DNA from: Felis catus
Taxonomy: Eukaryota
Assembly (NCBI RefSeq): GCF_018350175.1
Contig: NC_058368.1
Location: 203,672,001-203,736,000 of the forward strand
Length of the DNA stretch: 64,000 bases
Direction of reading: 5' to 3'
A model generated the notes under the pieces. That model was not told where the DNA came from. It worked only from the letters and a program-made list of their open reading frames with translations, and did not search any database. Below, piece by piece: positions 41,546 to 54,304 of this stretch. Position numbers and translations under genes: made by a program. Position 1 is the first letter of the stretch. Each line of letters starts with the position of its first letter.

Positions 41546-42733
41546 GGGGGGCAAATTTATGTATCTCTTATAGCCCTTCATGCTTGGGTACTACAATTAG
41601 TATTTTATAGCTCTATCTCAGACTATGATTTTCTTAAAATCAGAAAACTATTTTTATCTATCCAAGCATCTCTACCACCTAAGTAGCACCTACCCCATTA
41701 TAAAAGCATAAAAAATTAAGTAAATACTTTTCTAAATATTAAAGATTGTATGGCTCTAGCATATATGAGCACACCATTTCTTAATACATACAAACATCTT
41801 CTAGAAATCAAGATTGACACTGACCCAAATCTCTCTTGAACACAGATTAAATATCTGATAGAAATAAGATGGTGGTAAGAAAGCAGGGAAACTAAATGAA
41901 CAAGAAAGATCATAGATTAGAACTAAGCTTTTCATCTATAACTAAATATCAACATGTCCAGAAACCAGCGCCCTTCTCTTGTATCTCACAGGATATAGAT
42001 TTGATCTGTAAACCCCAGATTTTCAACTATAATGTAGGCTTACTATTAAAGATATGAAGAGTTATTAGCAAAATCTATAATTAATTTGGGTGTTTTTAAA
42101 ATGTGGATCATCACTATTGCTCTTTTGTTTGGAAAAACATAAACCCCATGACCATGCCTATTTAAAAAAGGAATGTAAACCTCAAAAACCTAACTGTACT
42201 TAAGCAATATTAAGGAAAGGAATTTAGACTTAACAAACATGTAGATAATAAAACCTAATTTTATAGAGCTATGCTTGGCCTTCAGTCTTATTACGTCAAA
42301 GAAAATGAAAAACTAATAAGATATTTCAGTAAACTACATGATTATACACAAACATTTTGGCAAGAAACAGTTGTATATGTTTGGTTAGGCAATACCAACC
42401 CAATAGCAAAATGGCATCCCTACGGCTAGCACCCCGAATTAAATATTTTTTCAAGTCTTTAAAATAAAAAAAAAACACCTCTCTTACATTTAATTAAATT
42501 TCCCCTGACCAGATTCTCATTTGCCTTCATATACACAATCAAAGCAATAAGCTAAAGTGTGTTACAAAAACATGAGTGAAAGAGTTTAAGGGGCTTATAA
42601 TAAAACAAACTGTCACTGACAGTGGTTACTTATTCCTTTGATAAGAGGAACCTAAACCATTTCCTTCACACGTAAAGTTGGTGGTGATTTGATAATTATC
42701 AGAATAAAATTAACAGAAAATTACAAATTGTAC

Positions 42734-42976
42734 CAAATGAATTAGTTTGTTGAAGATACTTCCGGAAAGGAAGCTGAATTTTAGAGCCCACACTTGGATC
42801 ATAGATTCCCACAAATATATGTGGATACTGGCTTCCTATAACAAAATATAAACCTCTTTTTATCTTTAATCAAAATTGTTTCATTTTTTTTTAAGTAAAG
42901 GATCTTAAAAGAGTTTCTAAAGGATTCCCACCTGAAATCCGTCATCTCTGTGAAGGCATCTATAAAGAATCTGTCA
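42734..42976 (-). pseudogene. Two small exon-like segments (42932-42976 DRFFIDAFTEMTDF; 42734-42835)
   Basis: Acceptors catttcattttag and ttttgttatag; donors CAG|gtggga and TTG|gtacaa; the two frames do not join without a stop. Confidence 0.35.
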
Positions 42977-43169
42977 CTAAAATGAAATGCCAACATACAG
43001 AAGACACCTTACTACCTGAATACCATCTTTCTGGCTGTTCCCACTATTCTGCGAAGTTAGTTATAGGCTTCTAATAAGAAGAGAAGACTCTCTCCGACAC
43101 TGGGCTATAAAGCTTCATGAAGCCACTAGCTACAACCCCAAAACTTTCAGCTGGAAAGGGCTCTTTTTC

Positions 43170-43310
43170 AGGCGCCTGCATGGCTCAGACAGTTAAGCGT
43201 GTGACTCTCGATCTCAGCCCAGGTCTTGATCTCAAGTTGTGAGTTCAAGCCCCACCGTGGAGCCTACTTAAAAAAAAAAAGAAAAAGAAAAAAGAAGAAA
43301 AAGAAAGAAA
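43170..43310 (+). mobile_element. Short Can-SINE (no CT tract)
   Basis: ggcgcctgcatggctcagacagttaagc...gagttcaagcccc...ggagcctactt followed by an A-rich tail. Confidence 0.8.
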
Positions 43311-46054
43311 GTGCTGTTTTTTTTTTATCTTTATATTGTATTCAACCCAAGGCGGAAGACATGAGGGTGTTTGATGAGGTCTTCAGGATGACAAGGAGCA
43401 AATTTAAGCTGTGAAATGTTATTTGTCTTCTGTAGTTCAATTTTATAAATATTTTTAAAAAGAAATGTTAAAACAATAGCCAATATTATGTCTCCATTTT
43501 ACCTAATTTATCTTTTTTGTATAATGTAGCTATGTAATGATATTTGTGGTATAAATGATACATTATATAATAAGTGCCATATTTTCATTAAAAAGTTTCC
43601 TATTCTTTCTGTGAGTCTTTGGAGACCTTGAACGAGACAAATTCTAATTTAGCCTTACTCTGTAATTATGTTGCTGTTAAAAGTTCTTTTCAGGGTCAAA
43701 AGTCAACCTTATAACCCCAAACTCTATATCCCTCTCTTTATTTTAACTAACATTCTGATGCCCACCATACTTAACGTTTTCTGAAAGGTAAAAGGGAGTC
43801 ATTGGAGAGGACATTTTTAAGATTAACAACCCTCAAACCCTAGTCCTTGAGCCTACATGTACGAAAGAATACTGTTGCCAATTTGACACCAGTCACAAGA
43901 GACTTTGAAAATTAATTCAAAAACAGTTTGCACGTGTTGTCAAATCCCTAAATAATATTGCCCTGATCCAAGTGAGCCATTGTGGAGGAATCAGAACTCT
44001 CCCATAACAAGCAAATGTGTGGAATGAGCTACATTGATTGGAGCACAAATTTGACATCTGGACATATTTCCCCATGCCTTACATAAAAAGACAGTTCATG
44101 TGTTCTGAAAATCCAAATACTATTTCCTGCAAATACTTTCCCTCAGCAGATTGGCCACGGAGGGTGAGCAGCCAAAGACCATCTCTATCACTCATGGTAC
44201 ATGACAAAAGTCACACTGTTGATGCTCCACATCCATAGTCTAAAAATGTACGGAGAGTCACTAGGAGGGCTACCTGAAGCTTAGAGACCAGTGACATTTC
44301 TGCTTCTCCACTGTCTGGAAGACAGCAGTGGTTTACGTACTATCTACCCATACTTAAAACTCAGATCTTTTTTTTAGCATCTGCTTATTGAACATCCTCA
44401 TTTCCTTCCCAAACTACTCCTAGAACAGAGGCATGAAAGTGATTTTTGTCATCAGCCATATGCTAGGTTTGTTTCTGCCAACAAACATACAATTTTTCAG
44501 AAAGTTATCTCATCACTCCACAGAAAAGTGGAGAAGAATAAGCAAAACCTTACTAAAATGTCTGGCAAGCCTATAATGGTCAACCTGCAGCCCTCTCCTA
44601 TGATCCTTGCATGATCAGTGAAAAGTAATGCAGTCAGTAAGACCAAGGAAAGAAAAATCATTCCCGGGCTTTGAAATTCAGATAAGGTGGTTTTATGGTT
44701 TTAATTACATTGTAGTAACTACATAGAAGTAAATATACTCTTCCTGTTTTAAGTTAGGTGAACATCTGTCGTAAATAACTCCAATGCTCTTCCTTTTGTA
44801 AACTAATTACACAATAGGCCCTATAAATTCATGGAGTGTTAGGATGCAGAATTTAATTATGCAATTCACTTAACCAAAGTTTAACCAAAGTTTTGCTCTT
44901 CGGTGTGGTTCACAATCCTCCATTTTCACAAGATGTAAGAGGAACACATTACATAATGGCCATGTGTATTTCAAGTTAGAAAGAACAATAAAGGAAATCT
45001 GTGACTACTTTTCCACCTTTCTTTTCTTTTACCTAAACAAAATGAACTAATGTCATAATGTCATTTATTCTGAAAAGAAGCTCAAGTAATCACTCTTAAT
45101 TTTAAAATATGAGTACATTATTTTTAAGTAACTTAACCTGTAAGTTATGTGCTTTTCTGAGTTCTGTGGGAAAGACAGGCAAGAATCCCTTTATTTATTC
45201 ATTCATTATTCATAAATCAGTACTTGCTGATCATCTAACATATCCCAGAGAGTAGATTATGTGTGCTAAAACTATAAAGACAGAAATTATCATTATGTTG
45301 GGAAAATAATAAAACTTATTGGAATATATTCCATAAAAGATGTATGTACAAAATATTCTGGGATCTCAAAGAAGCTACTCCTAGGAAGGGTCAGGCACCT
45401 TCTAAATCTTCTAAAAGATAACATATGTGGTACATCTTTGTGTTGACTACAAGGAACAGAGACTCAGCATGCACTGCCCAAAGGACTTATTTTGTGTGGA
45501 TGCACGTTAACTAGAATTAGAACTAGAAAATCCCACGGATCCAAAAGTCCCCAGGTACCAACTACCTTCACTGTTCTTTTCTAAGAGACTCATAGTCTGA
45601 AGACTTTTTGCTTTGTCTTCCTGCTCCATGGCCCTCTCCGTACTGACAGTTCTCTTAGTACAGGTTAATCGTTTAGTACTGATGGTTAGTCCTATCCATA
45701 GTTTCTAGATCAGATCCTAGAGGATATGCCAGAGTATTAGACAAAACCCTTGACACATGTCTACTTCATAGCCAACAGCTAATCTTAAGATGGACTGTTC
45801 AGGGGGTTATTTCATCCCTGATTCAGTCACTAGCATCTCCTATACAAGAACTACTCACATTGTGTTCCGGAGTAAAGTACTAAGGAGCAAGGCTATTTTT
45901 CCAGAAGGGCAAACTGAAGGTGGTAGACATTGAGGCCTGTAAAGTTCTAAAGTAGGAACAGGAGTTTGCCATGTAGATAAGGTTACAAATGTCATGTCTA
46001 CACAACACTGTCTATACAAAGATACAACAATAACAATGATGATAATTATCATTT

Positions 46055-46280
46055 CTGTAAACTCTACTGTGTCCCAGTTACTGTGATAAGTATTTTACAT
46101 GTATCAAGCCTGACACTGAAAACAATTATGAGTCATGGCTATTATTCCCATTGAATCGAGGATAAAACAGAAGTTCAGAAAGGTAGATAAATTGATCAAA
46201 GCCAAATAGTTCATAATTGTCAAATCCAGAATTCAGATCTAGGCATATCTGACCCCCAAATTCTGTGCCTTTCCACTGCT
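46055..46280 (-). mobile_element. MIR
   Basis: attattcccattgaatcgaggataaaacagaagttcagaaagg...gaattcagatctaggc. Confidence 0.6.
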
Positions 46281-47394
46281 CCCTGCTCATTCATTAAAAC
46301 CTTGAAAAGAATCTGGTACAATTCTGTGATTGCAGACTTGACTTTGATGAGAGTAACAGAAAGTTAAACTGGAATAATAGAAGTGACCCACTTTTTGAAT
46401 ATTTTTGGTGATTATACTAATAGTTTACATTTGACCATTAAAAGATTCTCCCTAGAAAGTGACAAACAGTATGGACAGAGACTCACAATAGACTTAAGAG
46501 GTAGGTGAATTATAGTCCCAGGGGCTACTTAATGCCTGAAGCAAAGCAGCTGCCATGAAACAAACAACTGAGGAGGGAAAAGATTTGGAGATTTGGGAAG
46601 TAAAGGGAAGGTAATGGAAGGCAAACAGTGAGGGGCAAGGAGAGGAAGAGAAGCAAATGGAAGAACTTAAGAACGATTAGTGAGAGTAGTGTGGAACCCA
46701 GGAGAGGACATGTTTCAAGACAGTGGGAGTGGTCAAGAGTGTTAAAGGATGTAGAGTTGTCCATCGGAATAAGGCCCTAAATGCAGAGCTGGAAACAAAC
46801 AAATAATCCATTCCCCATTGCACTGATTAGAAAATATTAAGTAAAGAAACCACTAAAAGTATTTGAAACTACCTCTCCATTATAGTATTCAGGTAAATTT
46901 CTCTCTCAAAGCTGAGGTTATTTGTGTATCAACTACTGATTTTTCAATGATGGAAATCTTCCTCTAGAGCAGAGCCATGGGTTATGCTACTGGAGGAAAG
47001 CCCCATACAGGGAGTATATTAAGACACTACTCCAAGATACTAACATATCCTAATGCAGGCTGAATATTATCCAGGGCCAAACTTCACATATGTTCTCTCC
47101 AAAAAGTTATTGTATGTTAACTCCTCAAAAATTACTAGTCAACAAAATCTGCCTTCTGATTCTAAAAGCTTCCAGAATATTGTCCAAATAATGGAATACG
47201 TGGGATGGCTAAGAAACTGCTATTGCTGTTTTATTGATTAAAAAGACAAATGTCTATTTCGGTGTATTACTTGTTACTCTCCTCACATAGACTAAAGCCA
47301 CATGATCTTTTTAAGTTTCAAACCCTTTATTACATACATATACTTCCATGTGGGGTATTGGGAGGGTAAAGGGGGATTGAGGTAGCTATCAGTG

Positions 47395-47792
47395 CTGCTC
47401 GCCAAACATCTATGGTTCTCCCTCCAGAAACATGACAGGATTGCAATTTTCTGCTCCCCTGTAGTTCTGTGTGACCACTTGACTTACTTGAGCAAATGAA
47501 AAGCAACAAAGGCCAATCTGCTGTAGAGTAAAAGCAAAACAAAACAGAACAAAACACCTAGTACCTTACTCACCATGCTCTTGCTTTCCTCTGCCAGAGA
47601 AACTGGTGAGCTTCCAGACAGTGCTGTCCTCTCAGCCTGGAATCCAAGTGAGAATAATATGGACCAGAATCTCCAGCCAACCCATGATGCACCTGTAGCA
47701 TAAGAGAAAAATAATTTCTGTTGTTTAAAGCTACTGAGGTGTGGGTGTGTGTTTGCTACTACAGAATAGTCTAGTTTACCTGAATAGATACA
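47395..47792 (+). mobile_element. MLT1-type (ERVL-MaLR) solo LTR
   Basis: 3' signature aaaataatttctgttgtttaaagctactgagg...ctgaatagataca. Confidence 0.7.
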
Positions 47793-48329
47793 GTGTGCAT
47801 AGTTTGTGCTGCGGTGAGGGAGATGCAGTAAGGAGAAAGAAAGGTTTAACTGAACTCACAAGTAGTGCTGCCTTTATTCTATTCATGAAAGGTGGATCCA
47901 GAATGAATAGCCAAAAGGGGGTAGGGAAGGAAACACACACAGGGTAGACCAGGATAAGAAGAGGAGGCAAGGACAGCTTGAATCATCCTCCTTCGGTAGC
48001 CTCCATAACACCCGGATACTACCTGTATTGGAGAAGACTAACCCACCATACGATTTCTGATAAACTACAAAGGAACAAGAACCAAATTCCACATCTTGCT
48101 TGAAGGCGACACATGGTAACATCATGGAGAAGCAGCTGCCCTTACAGACGTTTATGGTGTGGGTCTGGTAATACCAGGGATTGCTTAGAGCCTCTAAGTT
48201 TTCCAACTTCAACTGATTTCATCGGCTAATAAGGATAAATTTTACTCTGTGGCCTCAAAATTGACAAGAATAGTTTCACCCAAAGGCAACACTTTCACAC
48301 CACATGGTTAAAAATATATTGGTTCAATA

Positions 48330-48546
48330 ATTTAATTTTTTTAACATTTACTTATTTTTGAGAGACAGAGAGAGACAGTGCTTGAGCCGGGAAGGGGCAG
48401 AGAGAAAAGGAGACACAGAATCTGAAGCAGGCTCCAGGCTCTGAGCTGTCAGCACAGAGCCTGATGCAGGGCTTGAACCCATGAACCATGAGATCATGAC
48501 CTGAGTCGAAGTTGGATGTTTAATGGACTCAGCCACCCAGGTGCCG
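48330..48546 (-). mobile_element. Can-SINE
   Basis: Reverse SINE flanked by tggttcaa repeats. Confidence 0.9.
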
Positions 48547-49231
48547 CTGGTTCAAGAGTTTCTTAGGTACATATGGGTACATGCATTTTATAAATTTTGA
48601 AGGCTAGTTTTTAAAACTTTGAAGAAGTGGTGAATTTAGGAAATTTTATCTTAAAGTTAATACATTTAATCTTAAAGAGTAATAAAAGTGTCCAATAATA
48701 AATACTAACAACACATAGGATAAATACACATATTACACAATATTTTAAATGACTCCAATCATTTATATGTACAAAAACTTATGCCAACAAAATATATGCC
48801 TCCGGCAGTAGGTATACAATTTTTTTTTGTTTTCTTATTCCTCACCTATTTCCTGAACATAAACTGGCTGTGAAAAAAATCAGCTTTCCTCAAGGAGGGA
48901 AATCGTATAAATGGACTATCCATGGTATTTTAATAAAAGGAAGCTATTCGCTCTTTTGGAATACTTGAATGCAAGATTGTACCAGATATATTGCTGGTAC
49001 CAAGGGGAAGAAAATGCAGTATGTGAAGGGTTTATAAGCTAATTTACAATTCATTCTAGTGCACCCACTAAGTTTTAGAGGCAAGGGTTCTCTGTTCACT
49101 GAGAAGATTCCTAAGTGATCTATGTTGTGTCATCAACCACTTCTGCTAATCCTATAGCATATTGGAGGAGATGTACCACGTCCAAATAGTGAAATATTTG
49201 GTTCATATTTGACAGAATTATCCATAATTAC

Positions 49232-49315
49232 CTTTAACCCCCCCATGTACCATAGAAAGGAAATTTGCCTCATGTGGAGTTGTTTCCTACATTGAACCTC
49301 GAGGCTAAAAAGCCA
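49232..49315 (-). pseudogene. Open 84-nt phase 0-0 exon-like segment (WLFSLEVQCRKQLHMRQISFLWYMGGLK)
   Basis: Acceptor ccatttttgttccag, donor AAG|gtaatt. Confidence 0.35.
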
Positions 49316-50694
49316 CTGGAACAAAAATGGTTTCCCCCAGAATTTATAGTCCTAATTCTTCTAATCTTTTCTTTCCCTTTTCTGGCCCCCAACCTCCAAC
49401 TCCAACCTGTACCTCTAACCTTGACATGATTTTATTTGAAACGGGGATAGGAATAAAGTGCTTTATAGTACCAAAGGAATTAATGAGTCCTGAAGTGAAG
49501 AGCCAAAAGGACATTTTTCTACTGCTACAGAAATGTATATAAGTACCATCCATATTGACTTAATCTACATTTCATTAATATATGCATATTATTATTCAAT
49601 TGATATGCATGAATATAAAGAAATATATATTAAATACTATATTATTTAATAAATATGTAGCATATTAATTATATTAAACAGATGTTTAACATTAAAATGT
49701 AATATTTAAGCACAATAGATCATAACTAATCCAAAAGAATGTTTGGTATATGGTAGGCATTAAATAAATATTGGTCAGGTATGTAGCTGAGTTAAGAAGC
49801 TTTGAATCTATGAACTAATTCCTATCTATGAAAAGGTGAGCTTTTGATTTCAAATATCTGTAAGTGTTTAAAAGAGAAAACTATTACTGCCTTCGAGCCA
49901 TTATCAAAGCAATATGATAGCCAACATGGAAGTTTCATTTTAAAGGATCTGAGTACAGACATTCTGGGAGACAGAGATCTGGGAGGGAAAGTATGTGATT
50001 TGACAAGATTTGAAGTATTTAAGCTGGGCGTGGCATCAACTTGCAAAAAGAAATCTTTCACTATTCTGAAAGGTGAGCTCTAAACTAGTGTCCATTGAAT
50101 AAATTATTATTGTAACTTGTAGATCAATCCCAATCTAAGAATGAAAATATGAAAGCAACATCTTTGGTGCCATTCACATAATGAATAACCACTCATTTGA
50201 GATTACAAATGCTTTAGCTATTGGGAGGTGCTGCATAGTCTGTATTGAAATTCATCATTTCCAAAATTAGATGTAAGTCTCACTGATACACATATCATCA
50301 CATTGTACACCTTAAACTTACAGACTGTCATCTGTCAATTATATCTCAATACAACTAGGAAAATAAGAAAGGGGAATGTCTCACTTAACTAAACAGAATC
50401 TTCAATTTGCCACATTTTTTTCTCTCATTTAGGTCATGGAGACATACAGAAAGAAAATAAGCTGGTATCTGATTGGGCTTTTTGTTTTGCTTTGGTTTGG
50501 GGGCTTTTTACACATAACTTCCCCTGTATATCCTGAAGTCAATGCAGTTTTGCATCAAGCTTTTATGACTTCCACATCCATAGTATCACAGTATACAATG
50601 ATACCTGAAATTTGTAGCAATGATCCTGGATTTGGTACGGTTGAGAAAAATTTAGTTCAAGGTCATTGTGCTCCATTAAGGCCAAAAAAAATTT

Positions 50695-50918
50695 GATTAA
50701 AAAAAAAATTTAACGTTTATTTATTTTTGAGAGACAGAGTGACAGCAAATGAGTAGGGGAGGGGCAGAGAGAGAGAAGGAGACACAGAATCTGAAGCAGG
50801 CTCCAGGCTCTGAGCTGTCAGCACAGAGGCCAACGTGGGGCTCGAATCCATGAACCGTGAGATCATGAACTGAGCCGAAGTTGGACGCTTAACCAACTGA
50901 GCCACCCAGGCACCCCCC
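50695..50918 (-). mobile_element. Can-SINE
   Basis: Reverse head gagccacccaggcacccc. Confidence 0.9.
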
Positions 50919-51584
50919 CCCAAAATAGATTTTTATATCTTAAGATTTACAGCAATAAATGCTTTAAAAAAATCTTTCTTTAATCAGAAAATTACCAGGA
51001 TATCTAATAACCAAGATATCTAATTTCCTAGCCATTCTGATTAGTTGAGTCTATGTGCAACAACTCAAATCTTTGCATTAAAGTTTAACTCTTCCTGGTG
51101 TTTTCTTTCCAAAATGCCATATGCCACCACTTAATTGTCTAACCAGAACAGCTTTTAGGTTTTTTTCTTGAAAGCAGTACTGAGTTAACAGAGAACACAG
51201 CAAATGCTCTTGGACCGTGTTTCAAAAAAATCTCTCAAAATCATAAAATCATCATTGGTCTCAAAATCAAAATCATATCATCATCAAGAAATTATATGAA
51301 CATTTTCACAATGAACTTTCTTTAAGAAAAGCTAATTTTCTAGGATTAAGGTAAGGGAGAAGATGCCATCAATAAATATTTTGCTTTTATAATTACATTT
51401 AATTTTTTAGTGAGCTTCACAGTAAACAGTTTTCATTTTGCAATCACATTCTGAAACAGCCACAATTGTACAGAATATAAGAAACAATAGCTTTAGTATT
51501 AATTATCTAGTACTCCCAAAGTTAAACAGGTTGATACTTACAGAACCTGGCAATGAGTAATTTAAAATAAAAAATATATAAATA

Positions 51585-51785
51585 GAGGTGCCTGTGTGGC
51601 TCACTTGGTTAAGCATCAAACTCGACTTTGGCTCAGGTCACGGATCTCACAGTTCATGGCATCGAGCCCTGCATCAGGCTCTGTGCTGATAATGTGAAGA
51701 CTACTTGGGATTCTCTCTCTCCCTCTCTCTCTGCCCCTCCCCTGCTGGGGTGCATGCTCTCTCTCAAAATAAATAAATAAACTTA
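51585..51785 (+). mobile_element. Can-SINE
   Basis: Head, CT tract, aaataaataa tail. Confidence 0.88.
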
Positions 51786-51939
51786 AATATATATCTATTC
51801 ACCTGGAAAAAATTTTCAAATGCATCATCAACACAGGAAATCCTATGATTTGAGAGTGATTAATAAATTTCTGCATTGGGTGAGTCATGATTCAAGACAT
51901 TAGACTACCCTTAACTAAAGAGGACAAATCCTACATCAA

Positions 51940-52750
51940 GTGAATGTTTTCCCATTCAAAAACCTAAAAGTGATCCTGGATTTCTTTCCCTCTCCCCACA
52001 TACCACAGACCTGATCATTTTAACCCCCTAAATAGCTCTCTGTTACCATCAACTTCTCTTTTTTTATCCACTTCCCTCCAACTCCCATCAACGTAGTTTG
52101 ACTTCCCTGATAACCACCTGTGCTCTGCTGAAATAAACAACTGGCTGGTTTACATAAACCAGCCCATCCAGAGGGAAGTGTAAATAAAAATGATAATTTG
52201 ATGGCTATCTACTCCATGTTCAGTCCCTCATTTGCTTGAATTATTTTCATTGCTTGCTATTGCATTTATAAGGATAAACATTCCTAGCAGTGCCTAGGGG
52301 GATGACTACTTCTGAGGCTTCATTCTCTTTTTCTTCCTCTCTATATTCTGGCCACACAAGTACATTTTAGCTCCCATTTATGTGTCATATGGACTCTCAC
52401 ATTAAGGACTTGGTGCACGCTGTACTCCCTACTGGAATTCTATTTCCACCTCTATTTATCTAAAAACAAAAATACTAGTGAGTTTCATTTATCAGCTCAA
52501 TAATCACCTTCTTCACTTTCCTCACCTTTCGAACTAGGTCAAACCTTCTATTACATGCACTCAAAGCACCACACATCTGCCATTAATGGTACTCTTCACA
52601 GTTGCAATTACACATTTAACTTTATGATTATCTTAATAGTGAGAGAGATATTAGCCAAATAAATTCCATTAGAGCAACAAGGGCCATATTTCACCACTGA
52701 GTCTTTGACTTATTACACAGTAGGTATTCAATTAGTATTTGTTGAAGAAG
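51940..52750 (+). mobile_element. L2 fragment
   Basis: aaacctaaaagtgatcctggatttc...acacagtaggtattcaattagtatttgttgaa. Confidence 0.6.
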
Positions 52751-54304
52751 CGAAGAGTTAAGGAAAGTCTCCATCTCAACAAAGATTCCAGTGATGTTTC
52801 ACTTGCTCAAAGACATTTTTGAAACTCTTCCTTTATAAGCAATTACAGAAGGTACATATTTATATGATTTCCTTGTTCATTTACCTGCCCCAACCTCCTA
52901 GAAAAATATAACATATTATGCTACTATTAAATCAGAAATACACACATACACATATATATGGTAATATCTATCAAAATTAAGATGGAACTGCTAAACCATG
53001 GAAGTTTTAATGTAAAAATATCACTCTCTAATGAATCTAAATAAGACTTCTTTTGCCAATAACTTTCCGTTTTGCTTAAATGGAAGGAGAAAAGGGATCG
53101 ACTTTATTGAGTTGATACAAAGTGCCAGACATTGTGCCAGATTTCACATATTTTCTTACATTTAATTGTGCCAAGTAGGCAGAATTTTCACGGTTCTAGA
53201 TGAATAAACCAACGCTCAGAGAGTTTAAGTGTCTTATTCAAAGCTATAGGAACAGTACCTAACCAAATCGTTAAATAAAACTATATAATCTAAAGTTCTT
53301 ACTCTGAAAAATTTCTCCCCAAAATGCAATCAATGCAACTCTGAAACAGTGAGGAATATGGGGTCAGTATTGTCACTCAGTTCTCAAAACATATATTACT
53401 TTTCCCTTGGATCACTTCATCTGAAAAAAGTATATTAAGCAATTACAACATACTTGGAGTCATAAAAACTATTTAGCAAATAGAAGAAGTAAGAATGGCC
53501 ACCAAATTCTGGTTTGAGCAATATCCTCCCTGTGATCTATATTCCTATTCATTAACATCTGGTTTAAATTCTGGCTTTGCAGTGAGTTGTAGTCAAAGTA
53601 CATACAAATACATTTTAAATGAAAATCAGTGTCTTCACTATTCAAACGCTTCAACAGGGGAAAGTGTTTTCATGAGATCCAACAGAAGCAAATTGACCGA
53701 ATTTTCTATTTTCATAAACTGTGGCACTTTTATATACATATATTCTTAGGGCTAGGCTGGATTTCAGGAAAACTGGCATTTTCTTACTGCTATTTTCTAA
53801 AAGTTTGTGGTAAAAACTAAAAATGGGTTATGTAAGAAAAATAGTAAATAACAAAATTATCTTAGACAGCTGAAAGCTTTAGCATATTTATTACTAAGTA
53901 CATTTAATAATTCATGGAATAAGCCTTCAGAAAATAAGGTGGTAACTTAGATTTTATTAAAAGCAAAAGAATAAAGGTTTATTTAGAAATATATGGCAAA
54001 TCTAGTCTTACACAATTTTAAAAAAATATCTAGAAAAAAGTTTTCTTTCTCTGATGCCTCTCAACACCAAAGGCAATATTCATCAATATTTTCACATTTT
54101 GAAGCATTTATGCCACAGACCAAACACTAAGTCATGATTTTCAGTCAACAGAGAATTTTAACTTTTGAGTTAAAGGATACATATTTTTCCTCATTCTTTT
54201 TTTTTTTAAACTAAATACGAGAACATAAACCATGAAAGATGCACACTATAAGGTGTTCTTGTAAAGGGATCATAGTAGGAATAAACTGCAGACCTAGGCC
54301 TCTG

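Noticed and set aside
47883..48212. 109-aa minus-strand ORF with possible splice sites
   Set aside because: The acceptor is weak and no motif is recognisable, so it cannot be tied to the fossil gene.
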